Source of the DNA: Syntrophales bacterium
GTDB taxonomy: Bacteria; Desulfobacterota; Syntrophia; Syntrophales; UBA4778
Assembly: GCA_963665615.2 (NCBI GenBank)
Contig: CAXXQE010000008.1
Location: forward strand, 496,001 to 560,000
Reading direction: 5' to 3'
Length of the DNA stretch: 64,000 nucleotides
Of the stretch, positions 43,218 to 52,133 are shown one piece after another. The translations under genes were made by a program, and so were the position numbers. Below the pieces are notes generated by a model that saw only the letters and a list, made by a program, of their open reading frames with translations, searched no databases and had not been told where the DNA came from. Each line of letters begins with the position of its first letter. The stretch's first letter is position 1.

Positions 43218-44984
43218 ATGCCAACTTCATCAGATAAAAAAGTAACTCTCTGGATTGACGACACCAAAGTAACGGTGCCCGAAGGGACCACCGTCTTGGA
43301 AGCCGCTCATTCCGTCAATATCAATGTGCCGAGCCTGTGTTATCACCCGGATTTGAGCATTGTGGGCGCCTGCCGGGTCTGCCTCGTGGAAATCAAAGGG
43401 CAGCGTAATCCGGTGGCCTCCTGCTCCTTCGCGGTTGCAGAAGGCATGATGGTGACGACCTCTTCGCCGCTCCTGAGAAGACTGCGCCGCGACGTGGTCG
43501 AACTGATCCTCGACAACCACCCGATGGATTGCCAGACCTGTGTCCGCAACGGGACGTGCGAGTTGCAGAAGCTTGCGTACGATCTGGGTGTGCGGGAAAG
43601 GCTCTTCGAAGGCGCGCGAAAACACTATGAGATCGACAAATCCTCGCCGGTTCAGCGCAATCCGGAAAAGTGCATCATGTGCGGACGCTGCGTCCGGGTC
43701 TGCGGCGAAGTGCAGGGCGTTCACAACCTCTGGATTCAGCATCGCGGATCGCGCAATGTGATAGCGCCCGCCCACGACGGCAACATGATCGATTCGGTCT
43801 GTATCCATTGCGGGCAGTGCGTCAACGTCTGTCCGACGGCCGCCTTTACCGAGCAGGATGCGACGGAATCCGTTCTGGAGGCCCTGTCCAATCCGGATCT
43901 GCATGTCGTGGTCCATACCGCTCCGGCCATTCGGGCAACGATCGGCGAGGGATTCGGTTTCCGGCCCGGCACGCCGGTTGCCGGCAAGCTGGTGACGGCC
44001 TTGCGGCGCATGGGATTCAACAAGGTTTTCGATACCAATTTCGCCGCCGATCTGACGATCATGGAAGAGTCGGCCGAATTTGTGGAACGAGTCAAGCTTG
44101 GCAAATACCTGCCGCTGATCACCTCCTGTTCTCCGGGATGGATCAACTTCATGGAGCGCTTCTATCCGGAACTGATCTGTCTGGCCTCGAGCTGCAAGTC
44201 TCCAATGGGGATGATGTCGACCCTCCTGAAGACCTATTATGCCCAGCAGATGGGCATCGATCCGAAGAAGGTCTTTGTTGTGGCGGTCATGCCCTGTACT
44301 GCCAAAAAGTTTGAAGCTGCCCGCAACGAACACAAGACCCCGTGGGGCGCCCCCTATACCGATGCCGTGCTGACGACTCGCGAGCTCATCTGGATGCTGA
44401 AGTGCCTCGGGATCGATTTCCACAACCTCGAAGACGGGATGTACGACTCCCCGCTCGGCGTTTCTTCCGGCGCGGCGGATATCTTCGGGGCCACAGGTGG
44501 CGTTATGGAGGCCGCGCTTCGTACGGCCTATGAAACGGTCACCAACAAGGAGCTGATCGATATCGATTTCAAAGAGGTTCGCGGGGTCGAGGGCGTCAAG
44601 GAAAGCTCGGTGAACCTCAACGGTATGACGATCAACATCGCCGTCGCCAACGGACTCCAGAACGCCAAGTATGTTCTGGATCAGGTTGTCAGCGGCGAGA
44701 AACAGTATCATCTGATTGAAATCATGGCCTGTCCGGGCGGGTGTGTTGCCGGAGGAGGCCAGCCGTATCCGCCTCAGGGAATGCACGTTCTGGATCCTGA
44801 GCTGGCGCGGCTTCGGGCGCGCGCCCTCTATTCCATCGACGAAAGCAAGTCTCTGCGCAAGTCGCATGAGAATCCGGCCATTGAGCGGCTCTATGAAGAT
44901 TTTCTGGGCGCCCCGAACAGCCATCGCTGTCACGAACTGCTGCACACCCATTATGAACCGAAATATCCGCGAGGTGTGAAATGA
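43218..44984 (+). CDS. hydA: [FeFe]-hydrogenase catalytic subunit (group A)
   Basis: H-cluster motifs TSCSPGW, MPCTAKKFE, EIMACPGGCVAGGGQP; N-terminal 2Fe-2S and 4Fe-4S motifs. Confidence 0.96.
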   Translation: MPTSSDKKVTLWIDDTKVTVPEGTTVLEAAHSVNINVPSLCYHPDLSIVGACRVCLVEIKGQRNPVASCSFAVAEGMMVTTSSPLLRRLRRDVVELILDNHPMDCQTCVRNGTCELQKLAYDLGVRERLFEGARKHYEIDKSSPVQRNPEKCIMCGRCVRVCGEVQGVHNLWIQHRGSRNVIAPAHDGNMIDSVCIHCGQCVNVCPTAAFTEQDATESVLEALSNPDLHVVVHTAPAIRATIGEGFGFRPGTPVAGKLVTALRRMGFNKVFDTNFAADLTIMEESAEFVERVKLGKYLPLITSCSPGWINFMERFYPELICLASSCKSPMGMMSTLLKTYYAQQMGIDPKKVFVVAVMPCTAKKFEAARNEHKTPWGAPYTDAVLTTRELIWMLKCLGIDFHNLEDGMYDSPLGVSSGAADIFGATGGVMEAALRTAYETVTNKELIDIDFKEVRGVEGVKESSVNLNGMTINIAVANGLQNAKYVLDQVVSGEKQYHLIEIMACPGGCVAGGGQPYPPQGMHVLDPELARLRARALYSIDESKSLRKSHENPAIERLYEDFLGAPNSHRCHELLHTHYEPKYPRGVK

Positions 44985-45538
44985 CAGTCGAACCATGTGG
45001 GAAAAACTACGAATTGTATGAAATGGATCGTCAGAAGGCGACGGCCATTTTGCCGCCGGCCGTCGTCGAATACATCGATGCATGCATGGCCAAGCCGCAT
45101 GCACAGAGCTATCTGATCCCTGTGCTGCACAAGGTTCAGAATCACTTCGGCTACCTGTCCAAGGAAAGCATGGATGCCGTTTCGGTCCTCATGCAGATTC
45201 CGTCTGCCAAGGTAACTGGCGTTGCAAGCTTCTACCACTTCTTCAACTTCAGTCCGAGGGGCAAGCACCGGATCTCCCTGTGCATGGGAACTGCCTGTTT
45301 CGTCAAAGGCGCCGGCAATGTCCTGAACAAGCTGAAGGAGTTGCTGAATGTGGAACTGGGCGGGACAACCGCGGACAAGCTGTTCTCCGTCGATGCCGCC
45401 CGGTGCGTGGGCGCTTGTGCGCTGGCGCCTGTGATGATTGTCGATGACAAGGTCTATGCCGAGGTGGCTCCGGAGAAAGTAGCGGAGATCCTGAGCGAAT
45501 ACGGTTACGGCAAGAAAAAGGCAAAGGCCGCCGAATAA
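44981..45538 (+). CDS. hydC: [FeFe]-hydrogenase NuoE-like 2Fe-2S subunit
   Basis: GVASFY, CMGTACFVKG, CVGACALAP. Confidence 0.93.
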   Translation: MTVEPCGKNYELYEMDRQKATAILPPAVVEYIDACMAKPHAQSYLIPVLHKVQNHFGYLSKESMDAVSVLMQIPSAKVTGVASFYHFFNFSPRGKHRISLCMGTACFVKGAGNVLNKLKELLNVELGGTTADKLFSVDAARCVGACALAPVMIVDDKVYAEVAPEKVAEILSEYGYGKKKAKAAE

Positions 45539-45549
45539 GAAATAGAAGC

Positions 45550-45594
45550 GGGGATATAGCCCGGTCGTTTTAGGCCGGGCCTTATCCCTTTTTT
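45550..45594 (+). terminator. Rho-independent terminator after the hydrogenase operon
   Basis: GGGATA..GCCCGGTC / GGCCGGGC..TATCCC followed by a T-tract. Confidence 0.65.
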
Positions 45595-45740
45595 GTTGTC
45601 TTGGGAAGGAAGACGATTACCAACCCAAACGGTCCCATCAGAAGGGACAGAATAAACCAGTTCCAGCCGAAGCGCCCCCGAAATTTGGCCGCAAAGGCCG
45701 CCAGCAGACCGACACACATCCAAAGCAGAATATATTCCAT
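45582..45740 (-). CDS. Small membrane protein (52 aa)
   Basis: MEYILLWMCVGLLAAFAAKFRGRFGWNWFILSLLMGPFGLVIVFLP: two TM helices joined by an RGR linker. Confidence 0.55.
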   Translation of the reverse strand: MEYILLWMCVGLLAAFAAKFRGRFGWNWFILSLLMGPFGLVIVFLPKTTKKG

Positions 45741-45859
45741 GGATTGGATCACCCGTTTTGATTCGCACCGCGCCGCGCATTGGAGCGGCACGAGACGTTT
45801 TCGGGATGTTAGAGGAAATTGTGCGATCTGTCAATTCGCCGATAGATTGAGGAGAAGAC

Positions 45860-46321
45860 ATGTCCCGGGTAGGAAAAGATATCGATTCGCTTTGCACCAA
45901 ATGCAAGATGGTGCTAAATCATGTAGTCGTTTCTGAGATCGGAAACGTCGCCAGCAAGGTGCAGTGCCGCACCTGCGGAACGATCCACAACTATCGCGAT
46001 GCGAGCGGCAGGACGGTGCGGACGCCCCGCGAGCGATCATCCGCCCGGCTGGTGCGGGTAAAGGCACCCGCCGGTGCCCGAACGAGCCCGCGCGAGGAGG
46101 AACGCCTCTGGCAGATGCGGAAGGCCGCCATGCCGGAAGATGTCGAGATCTTCGATTACCAGCCGGGAGACAATTACCTGGTTGGGGATGTCGTGCAACA
46201 CGCCCAGTTCGGCCTTGGGTTTGTCGAGCGCAGGGTCGATAGAACAAGAGTGGAGATCCTGTTTCAGAGCGGCCTGAAGCTGATGGTCATGAACACGCCC
46301 CCGCCGACATCGGGCCAGTGA
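45860..46321 (+). CDS. Hypothetical zinc-ribbon protein
   Basis: CTKC...H...CRTC...H and C-terminal H..FGLG.V; GAGGAG RBS. Confidence 0.75.
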   Translation: MSRVGKDIDSLCTKCKMVLNHVVVSEIGNVASKVQCRTCGTIHNYRDASGRTVRTPRERSSARLVRVKAPAGARTSPREEERLWQMRKAAMPEDVEIFDYQPGDNYLVGDVVQHAQFGLGFVERRVDRTRVEILFQSGLKLMVMNTPPPTSGQ

Positions 46322-46328
46322 GGAAAAG

Positions 46329-46637
46329 ATGATGGAGAAGAAACTCAAAGGATCGCAGCGAAAGTATCTGCGGGGATTGGCGCATGACCTGAAACCGGTC
46401 ATCCAGATCGGCAAGCATGGGGTCACGCCCGAGGTCATCCGGCAGATCGATCTGGCGCTGACCGATCACGAACTGATCAAGATCCGCTTCAATGAGTTCA
46501 AGGACGAAAAGGTCGAATTATCCGCCGAAATCGAACGGCAGACGCAGAGCGAACTGGCCGGCATGATTGGCCACATGGCGATCTTTTACCGCGAGAATCC
46601 GGAGAAAGAAAAGAAGATCGATTTGAGGAAATGCTGA
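46329..46637 (+). CDS. yhbY: CRM-domain RNA-binding protein
   Basis: LRGLAHDLKPVIQIGKHG, HELIKI, IGH. Confidence 0.92.
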   Translation: MMEKKLKGSQRKYLRGLAHDLKPVIQIGKHGVTPEVIRQIDLALTDHELIKIRFNEFKDEKVELSAEIERQTQSELAGMIGHMAIFYRENPEKEKKIDLRKC

Positions 46638-46643
46638 GACTTC

Positions 46644-46685
46644 AGTGAATAGTAAACAGTAAATAGTGAATGGTTAAAAGTGATG
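46644..46685 (+). repeat. Heptamer array (AGTRAAY-type)x6
   Basis: agtgaat agtaaac agtaaat agtgaat ggttaaa agtgatg. Confidence 0.75.
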
Positions 46686-46691
46686 TTTCAT

Positions 46692-46845
46692 GTCATCCCC
46701 GCGCACAGACTGTATCGCAATGCATTTTTGTCATCACGAGCCGCCTCTCAGGCGGCGTGGTGATCTCGTGTTTTCAGCGGGTTGCGAGATTGCCGCGTCG
46801 CTGTCGCTCCTCGCAATGACAATTGCGACACGGTCTCGCAGGCGG
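46692..46845. mobile_element. Composite: 132-bp MITE (46706-46837) with family B doublet, inserted in a family D palindrome with GCA duplication
   Basis: GTCATCCCCGC-GCA|CAGACTGTATCGCAAT...ATTGCGACACGGTCTC|GCA-GGCGG. Confidence 0.8.
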
Positions 46846-46872
46846 TGAGACCGGAATATAAAAGCTGCTCCA

Positions 46873-46907
46873 TATAACTCCGAACTTTAAACTCAAAACT
46901 TGAAACT
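46873..46907 (+). repeat. Heptamer array (NNNAACT)x5
   Basis: tataact ccgaact ttaaact caaaact tgaaact. Confidence 0.75.
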
Positions 46908-46926
46908 ACTCACGCAGCGAGGCGCT

Positions 46927-47496
46927 ATGAGCTTATTCGAGAGGCCTAACGGGACGCAATATCACGACAGAACCATTTCCGTGAAGACGTTCGACTACGA
47001 TGAGGACACCTTTGTGGTGGAGGGGTGTCTGACGGATGAGCGAAACAAGGCTTTCTATACGGTGACCGGGGAACACCGCCCCCCCGGCATTCTACATCAT
47101 ATCATCATCCATTTGCTGGTTGCCAAAAAGAACCTCAAGATTCTGGATCTGCGCATCAGCATGCCCACCGTGCCCCGCGAGGATTGCCAGCAGACCAGGG
47201 AAAGCCTTGACATCATGAAAGGTGCCTCCATTGCCCGCGGCTTTACCTCCAAGGTCAAGGCCCTTGCCGGACGTGGCAAGGGCTGCCAGCATCTGATCGA
47301 ACTCCTGACGGCCATGGGACCCGCCACTGCCCAGGCTTACGGTTCGTATGGCCTGCAATCCCCTAACTGGTTTACCGAGGCGAGCGCGCATTTTCTGACG
47401 GATACGTGCTATGCCTGGCGGGCGGACGGGCCGCTTGTGAAGGCGCTCACCGAGGGCTTGCGCCGGAGTGACAAGCAAGAAAAAGATAGAAGTTAA
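46927..47496 (+). CDS. DUF2889-like protein (probable start ATG 46927)
   Basis: HDRTI..EGCLTD..H.I, P..C, GF, GCQHL.EL, DTCYAW. Confidence 0.75.
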   Translation: MSLFERPNGTQYHDRTISVKTFDYDEDTFVVEGCLTDERNKAFYTVTGEHRPPGILHHIIIHLLVAKKNLKILDLRISMPTVPREDCQQTRESLDIMKGASIARGFTSKVKALAGRGKGCQHLIELLTAMGPATAQAYGSYGLQSPNWFTEASAHFLTDTCYAWRADGPLVKALTEGLRRSDKQEKDRS

Positions 47497-47608
47497 GAAG
47501 ATGAGAGGTTGAGAAGTTAAGCGAAAAAATACCGCGCTCCGGACACCCGGACCCGAACCTTGTTTTTCTCAACTTCTCAGCGTCTTAACGTCTTAACGTC
47601 TCAACTTC
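47489..47608. repeat. Inverted octamer arrays between convergent genes
   Basis: gaagttaa gaagatga gaggttga gaagttaa ... tcaacttc tcagcgtc ttaacgtc ttaacgtc tcaacttc; both stop codons fall inside array units. Confidence 0.75.
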
Positions 47609-48932
47609 GTTCTTTTCGGCGCATCTGCCGCCATTTCTCCAGTCTTTCCCTGACGAGCTTTTCATAGCCGCGCGTCGTCGGTGAATAGAAGCGCTCGTCT
47701 TCGATCCGGTCGGGCAGATAGGTCTGCCCCGGCGTCAGGGCCTCCTCGAAATCGTGGGCGTACTGATAGTTCTTGCCGTAGCCGAGTTGCGACATCAGTT
47801 TGGTCGGTGCATTGCGGATATGGAGGGGAACAGGCAGGCTGCCCGTCTCCCGGATGACTTTTTTCACGTGGCCGTATCCCGTGTAGAGGGCATTGCTCTT
47901 GGGAGCGGTAGCCAGGTAAACGGCGGCCTCGGCCAGCGCGAGTTCGCCTTCCGGCAGGCCGATGAAATGGAAGGCCTGCATGGCGGCCATCGCAACCTGC
48001 AGGGCCGTGGGATCGGCGATCCCGATATCCTCCGAGGCGAAGCGAACCATCCGCCGTGCGATGAAGAGCGGGTCTTCCCCGGCGGCGAGCATCCGTCCCA
48101 GCCAGTAGAGCGCAGCGTCCGGGTCACTGCCCCGCATGCTCTTGTGGAGCGCCGAGATGAGGTTGTAGTGCTCTTCGCCGAGTTTGTCGTACTGAAGCAG
48201 CTTCTTCTGCAGGGCCTTTTCGACCAGTTCCCGCGTGACGCCGCCTTGGATGTGCTGCTCGCTGAAAAAGGAGGCTGTCGCCTCCAGATTATTGAGGGCG
48301 CTACGGGCGTCACCGTCCGCCGCCCAGGAAAGATATTCGAGGGCGTCGTCGTCGATCTGGAGATGGAGGCTACCGAGCCCTTTTTCCATGTCTGTCAGGG
48401 CGCGCTTGAGGATCAGAATCAATTCTTCCGTAGTAAAAGGCTGGAGGACGAAGACGCGGGCGCGCGACAAGAGCGGCGCGATCACCTCAAAGGAGGGGTT
48501 TTCCGTCGTCGCGCCGATCAGCGTGATGAGGCCGCTTTCCACATGGGGGAGAAAGGCGTCCTGCTGGGCTTTGTTGAAACGGTGGATTTCATCGACGAAG
48601 AGGATCGTCTTCTGATGGTGATAGCGGAGCTGATTCTTGGCCTCTTCGATGACGGCGCGGAGCTCCTTGACGCCGGAAAGCACAGCGGAGAAGGTCTGGA
48701 AGTTCGACCGGGTCTCATTGGCGATCAGGCGCGCCAGCGTCGTCTTGCCCGATCCAGGCGGGCCCCAGAAGATCATGGAGAAGAGACGGTCCTCCCGAAT
48801 GGCGCGCCTCAAGAGGCTGTCGGGGGCGAGCAGGTCGCTTTGTCCGATGTACTCGTCGAGCGTGCGCGGACGCATCCGGTCGGCCAGCGGCCGGCCGGGG
48901 AGGGAAGAATCTTGTTGGTCGAATAAATCCAT
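47601..48932 (-). CDS. rarA: Replication-associated recombination protein A (MgsA)
   Basis: PLADRMRP, WGPPGSGKTT, DEIHRFNKAQQD, ATTENPSF, SALHKSMRGSDPD. Confidence 0.96.
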   Translation of the reverse strand: MDLFDQQDSSLPGRPLADRMRPRTLDEYIGQSDLLAPDSLLRRAIREDRLFSMIFWGPPGSGKTTLARLIANETRSNFQTFSAVLSGVKELRAVIEEAKNQLRYHHQKTILFVDEIHRFNKAQQDAFLPHVESGLITLIGATTENPSFEVIAPLLSRARVFVLQPFTTEELILILKRALTDMEKGLGSLHLQIDDDALEYLSWAADGDARSALNNLEATASFFSEQHIQGGVTRELVEKALQKKLLQYDKLGEEHYNLISALHKSMRGSDPDAALYWLGRMLAAGEDPLFIARRMVRFASEDIGIADPTALQVAMAAMQAFHFIGLPEGELALAEAAVYLATAPKSNALYTGYGHVKKVIRETGSLPVPLHIRNAPTKLMSQLGYGKNYQYAHDFEEALTPGQTYLPDRIEDERFYSPTTRGYEKLVRERLEKWRQMRRKERS

Positions 48933-49063
48933 GGTTAGCAGTTTCTAGTTTCGGGTTTCCCGTTCCGAGTTGAAAAAACCAGATTCGATACCATATCAAA
49001 ATGTGTCCGAAAAGTAACGGGTGACGCGTGACGAGAAAAGGAAGCGACTTGCAACAGGTTACG
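48933..49063. repeat. Two heptamer arrays (NGTTNNN x6; NGTGACG-type)
   Basis: ggttagc agtttct agtttcg ggtttcc cgttccg agttgaa; agtaacg ggtgacg cgtgacg. Confidence 0.75.
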
Positions 49064-49113
49064 AGAGTATAGCGGCGCTTAGGTCTGAACCCGCTGTTTC
49101 CCAATAGAGCATT

Positions 49114-50088
49114 CTAGGTTGAAGGTTTACTCGCGACCTTCTTCAGTTCCTCCAAATCGAGGATTCCCCCCTTGGTGGGTTCCACGCGCATTGAAATCGC
49201 TGAGATCGGACACTGATCCTCACAGACACCGCATCCCATACACCTGGAAAAATCAACTTCTGCGCGCGCTGCGCCTTCATTCAATCTAAGCGCGTGAAAG
49301 TTGCACTTCTCTATGCACGCGCCGCAACCGATACAGCTCTCCGCTATCTGCGCTACGAGCCCCGAAGGCAAGCAGGCGGGAACCGCCGGCGTGCCGCCGT
49401 CGAGCATGATATTGGTAGCAACGAGACCGCCACAGCAACAGCCACAGCAATTACAGAGGGCGTGCATCCGATTACCCATATCTCTTTTGAAATAGGCGCA
49501 CGAAACAAAACCTCGCTTGTGGCAGTCTTCCAGAATGTTGATCGCTTCATCTTGACAGATTTTACGAAACGTGGGGTTATGCGCCACAATGAAAGACGCA
49601 TAGGGATCTCCAATAAAGAAACAAGTCTCCTTCGGGTCTGGTATGCATGAACATGTCGGATTAGCCGCCCGGCAGGGGCATGTGCCCACAGCGATAGCAT
49701 CTTGAGGATTTTTAAGAATAATGTTTTTTGCCAGTTTATAGGGAAGAACCGTTTCAGGGACTTCAATTTTTACATCAACTTGTTGTGTGACAAATTGCTT
49801 CGCTTGGGCAAGCGAGATAATTTTCGAGTGATATTCATCGGTGTCCGGCCCGCCTTCCCTGGCTTGTGCATAGTTGTTCCACATGGCATAGAGTCTTTCA
49901 CGAATCTCAGGGGCTAGGGCTTCTATAGAAGCAGCGCGAGGTGTCTTGGCGATATGTTCAATTGCAATAGCAATGAGTTCCGGCAAATGCGTCATGTAAA
50001 GATAGGCCTGCTCAAACTTGTCCTTCTCATCCTCGCCATAATTGTCATAGAGCGCCTTTGTTGTCGGGTCGGTTAGATCGTAAAACAT
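49114..50088 (-). CDS. Cys-rich 4Fe-4S dicluster protein of unknown function
   Basis: CPCR, CNCCGCCC, CIGCGACIEKC, CMGCGVCEDQCP; AT-richer than its neighbours. Confidence 0.85.
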   Translation of the reverse strand: MFYDLTDPTTKALYDNYGEDEKDKFEQAYLYMTHLPELIAIAIEHIAKTPRAASIEALAPEIRERLYAMWNNYAQAREGGPDTDEYHSKIISLAQAKQFVTQQVDVKIEVPETVLPYKLAKNIILKNPQDAIAVGTCPCRAANPTCSCIPDPKETCFFIGDPYASFIVAHNPTFRKICQDEAINILEDCHKRGFVSCAYFKRDMGNRMHALCNCCGCCCGGLVATNIMLDGGTPAVPACLPSGLVAQIAESCIGCGACIEKCNFHALRLNEGAARAEVDFSRCMGCGVCEDQCPISAISMRVEPTKGGILDLEELKKVASKPST

Positions 50089-50101
50089 AACCTGTTTCCT
50101 T

Positions 50102-50162
50102 CGTTACTCGTCACTTTTGTCACCCGTCACATCTTTCGAACTTCAAACCGGGAACTTTAACC
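50102..50162. repeat. Two heptamer arrays, inverse of 48933-49063
   Basis: cgttact cgtcact tgtcacc cgtcaca; tcgaact tcaaacc gggaact. Confidence 0.75.
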
Positions 50163-50169
50163 TCCCCGC

Positions 50170-51537
50170 TTAGCGGGGAATCTTCGGATGACTCTCGATC
50201 GCTTTCAAAGCCCGTGCGATTTCCTCCTCGGGCAGGTCGTGGCTAATGAGCTTGCCGGTAAGGAAGGCGTCGTAGGCCGGCAGATCGATAATGCCGTGGC
50301 CGCTCCAGTTGAAGAGGATGACCTTTTCCTTTCCTTCTTCCTTTGCCCGCCTGGCCTCATCGACCACGGCGGCGATAGCGTGGTTGGTCTCGGGGGCAGG
50401 CACGAAGCCTTCCGAGCGCGCCCACTTGACGCCGGCGTCGAATGTCTCCAGCTGATTGTAGGCGCGAGCGCTGATGAGTTTTTCCTTGAGCAGGTGGCTC
50501 AAGATCGGCGCCATGCCATGATAACGGAGCCCGCCCGCATGGATTGCCTCTGGGACGAAGTCGTGCCCCAGGGTGTACATGGCCAACAGCGGGGTCATCT
50601 TGGCCAGATCGCCGAAGTCATATGCGTAAGGCCCTTTGGTCAGGGTAGGACAGGAACTCGGCTCGGAGCCGACGATCTCGACCTGCTTGCCATGGATCTT
50701 GTCGCGGACGAAGGGCAGGCTGATCCCGGCGAAGTTGCTGCCGCCGCCCGCGCAGCCGATCACGACATCGGGATACTCGCCGATCTTCTCGAGTTGCTTC
50801 TGGGCCTCCAGGCCGATGATCGTCTGGTGGAGCAGGACGTGGTTGAGGACGCTGCCGAGCGCATATTTAGAATCCTGGTGATTGAGGGCGTCCTCGATGG
50901 CCTCGCTGATGGCGATCCCGAGGCTGCCGGGGGAGTCGGGGTGATCGGCCAGAATCTTGCGGCCAGCCGCGGTTAATTCGCTGGGGCTGGCAAAGCAGGA
51001 AGCGCCCCATGTCTGCATCATCAGGCGGCGGTAGGGCTTCTGGTTGTAGCTGACCTTGACCATGAAGACCCGGCATTCCAGCCCGAACATGTTGCAGGCC
51101 ATGCTGAGCGCGCTGCCCCACTGGCCGGCGCCGGTTTCCGTCGAGATGCGCTTGACGCCAGCGATCTTGTTGTAATAGGCCTGCGCGACCGCCGTGTTCG
51201 GTTTATGGGACCCGGCAGGGCTGACCCCTTCGTCCTTGTAATAGATCCGGACCGGGGCATCGAGGAGCTTTTCGAAGTTCCGTGCGCGTTTGAGTGGAGA
51301 AGGGCGCCACAGCAGGTACTTCTCCAGGACCGGTTCGGGGATGTCGATCCAGCGGTCGGTGGAGACCTCCTGCTCGATCAGGTTCATCGGAAAGATGGGC
51401 GCCAGATCGTCCGGTCCGACGGGCTTGCCTGTGGCGGGGTGCAGGGGCGGCGGCATCGGTGTGGGTAAATCCGCAAGGATGTTGTACCACTGCCTGGGGA
51501 TCTCATTATCTTGCAGAACGACTTTGATGGGGTCCAT
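50170..51537 (-). CDS. trpB2: TrpB2 (TrpB-like PLP enzyme), probable start ATG 51537
   Basis: [44 protein letters not shown]. Confidence 0.93.
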   Translation of the reverse strand: MDPIKVVLQDNEIPRQWYNILADLPTPMPPPLHPATGKPVGPDDLAPIFPMNLIEQEVSTDRWIDIPEPVLEKYLLWRPSPLKRARNFEKLLDAPVRIYYKDEGVSPAGSHKPNTAVAQAYYNKIAGVKRISTETGAGQWGSALSMACNMFGLECRVFMVKVSYNQKPYRRLMMQTWGASCFASPSELTAAGRKILADHPDSPGSLGIAISEAIEDALNHQDSKYALGSVLNHVLLHQTIIGLEAQKQLEKIGEYPDVVIGCAGGGSNFAGISLPFVRDKIHGKQVEIVGSEPSSCPTLTKGPYAYDFGDLAKMTPLLAMYTLGHDFVPEAIHAGGLRYHGMAPILSHLLKEKLISARAYNQLETFDAGVKWARSEGFVPAPETNHAIAAVVDEARRAKEEGKEKVILFNWSGHGIIDLPAYDAFLTGKLISHDLPEEEIARALKAIESHPKIPR

Positions 51538-51632
51538 GTGCAATCTCCTCACTTTAATAACTGTGGGTTTCAACAGGCTGCAAACAGTTGTCTGTTTCGC
51601 CTCCAGCGCCCGGAGGCCAGTGGCTCAAAAAA

Positions 51633-52133
51633 TCATACCGCGATTTTTTTCATAAAGATGATCTTGTCGTCGTGGTCCTTGTAGAAATGGGGAATGCAGG
51701 CGACCTGGTCGTAGCGCTGCTTGATATAGAAATCGCGCGTTTTTCGGTAATCATCCTTTCCGGAAGTCTCTACGTAGAGGTACTTGCCGCCCCGGCGCCG
51801 GATCTGGCTCTCCGCCTCTCGCAGCAGCAGTCCCCCCAGGCCCTGACCGCGCAGGCCCTCGTGGACGGCGATCCAGTAGAGATCGTAGCGGTTATCGGTC
51901 ATGTAGATCGGGCCGAAACAGATATAACCCACGGCCCCGTTGTCATCGTCTAGAAAGATGAAGCTGTAGCAACTCTCTGAGCCGTGCTCCAGCCTGTCCT
52001 CTATCAGTTCGATGGCGACATCGACTTCATAGGGATAGAAGATGCCATTACTCTCCAGAACTTCTCGAATCCGGACGCAGTCGTCAGCGCAGGGTTCGCA
52101 GCGGAATGTATAGGGGGTCGGATCCGTCATCAT
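51633..52133 (-). CDS. GNAT N-acetyltransferase
   Basis: LYWIAV..RGQGLG (acetyl-CoA loop), VETS, FY; overlaps the upstream gene by ATGA. Confidence 0.9.
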   Translation of the reverse strand: MMTDPTPYTFRCEPCADDCVRIREVLESNGIFYPYEVDVAIELIEDRLEHGSESCYSFIFLDDDNGAVGYICFGPIYMTDNRYDLYWIAVHEGLRGQGLGGLLLREAESQIRRRGGKYLYVETSGKDDYRKTRDFYIKQRYDQVACIPHFYKDHDDKIIFMKKIAV

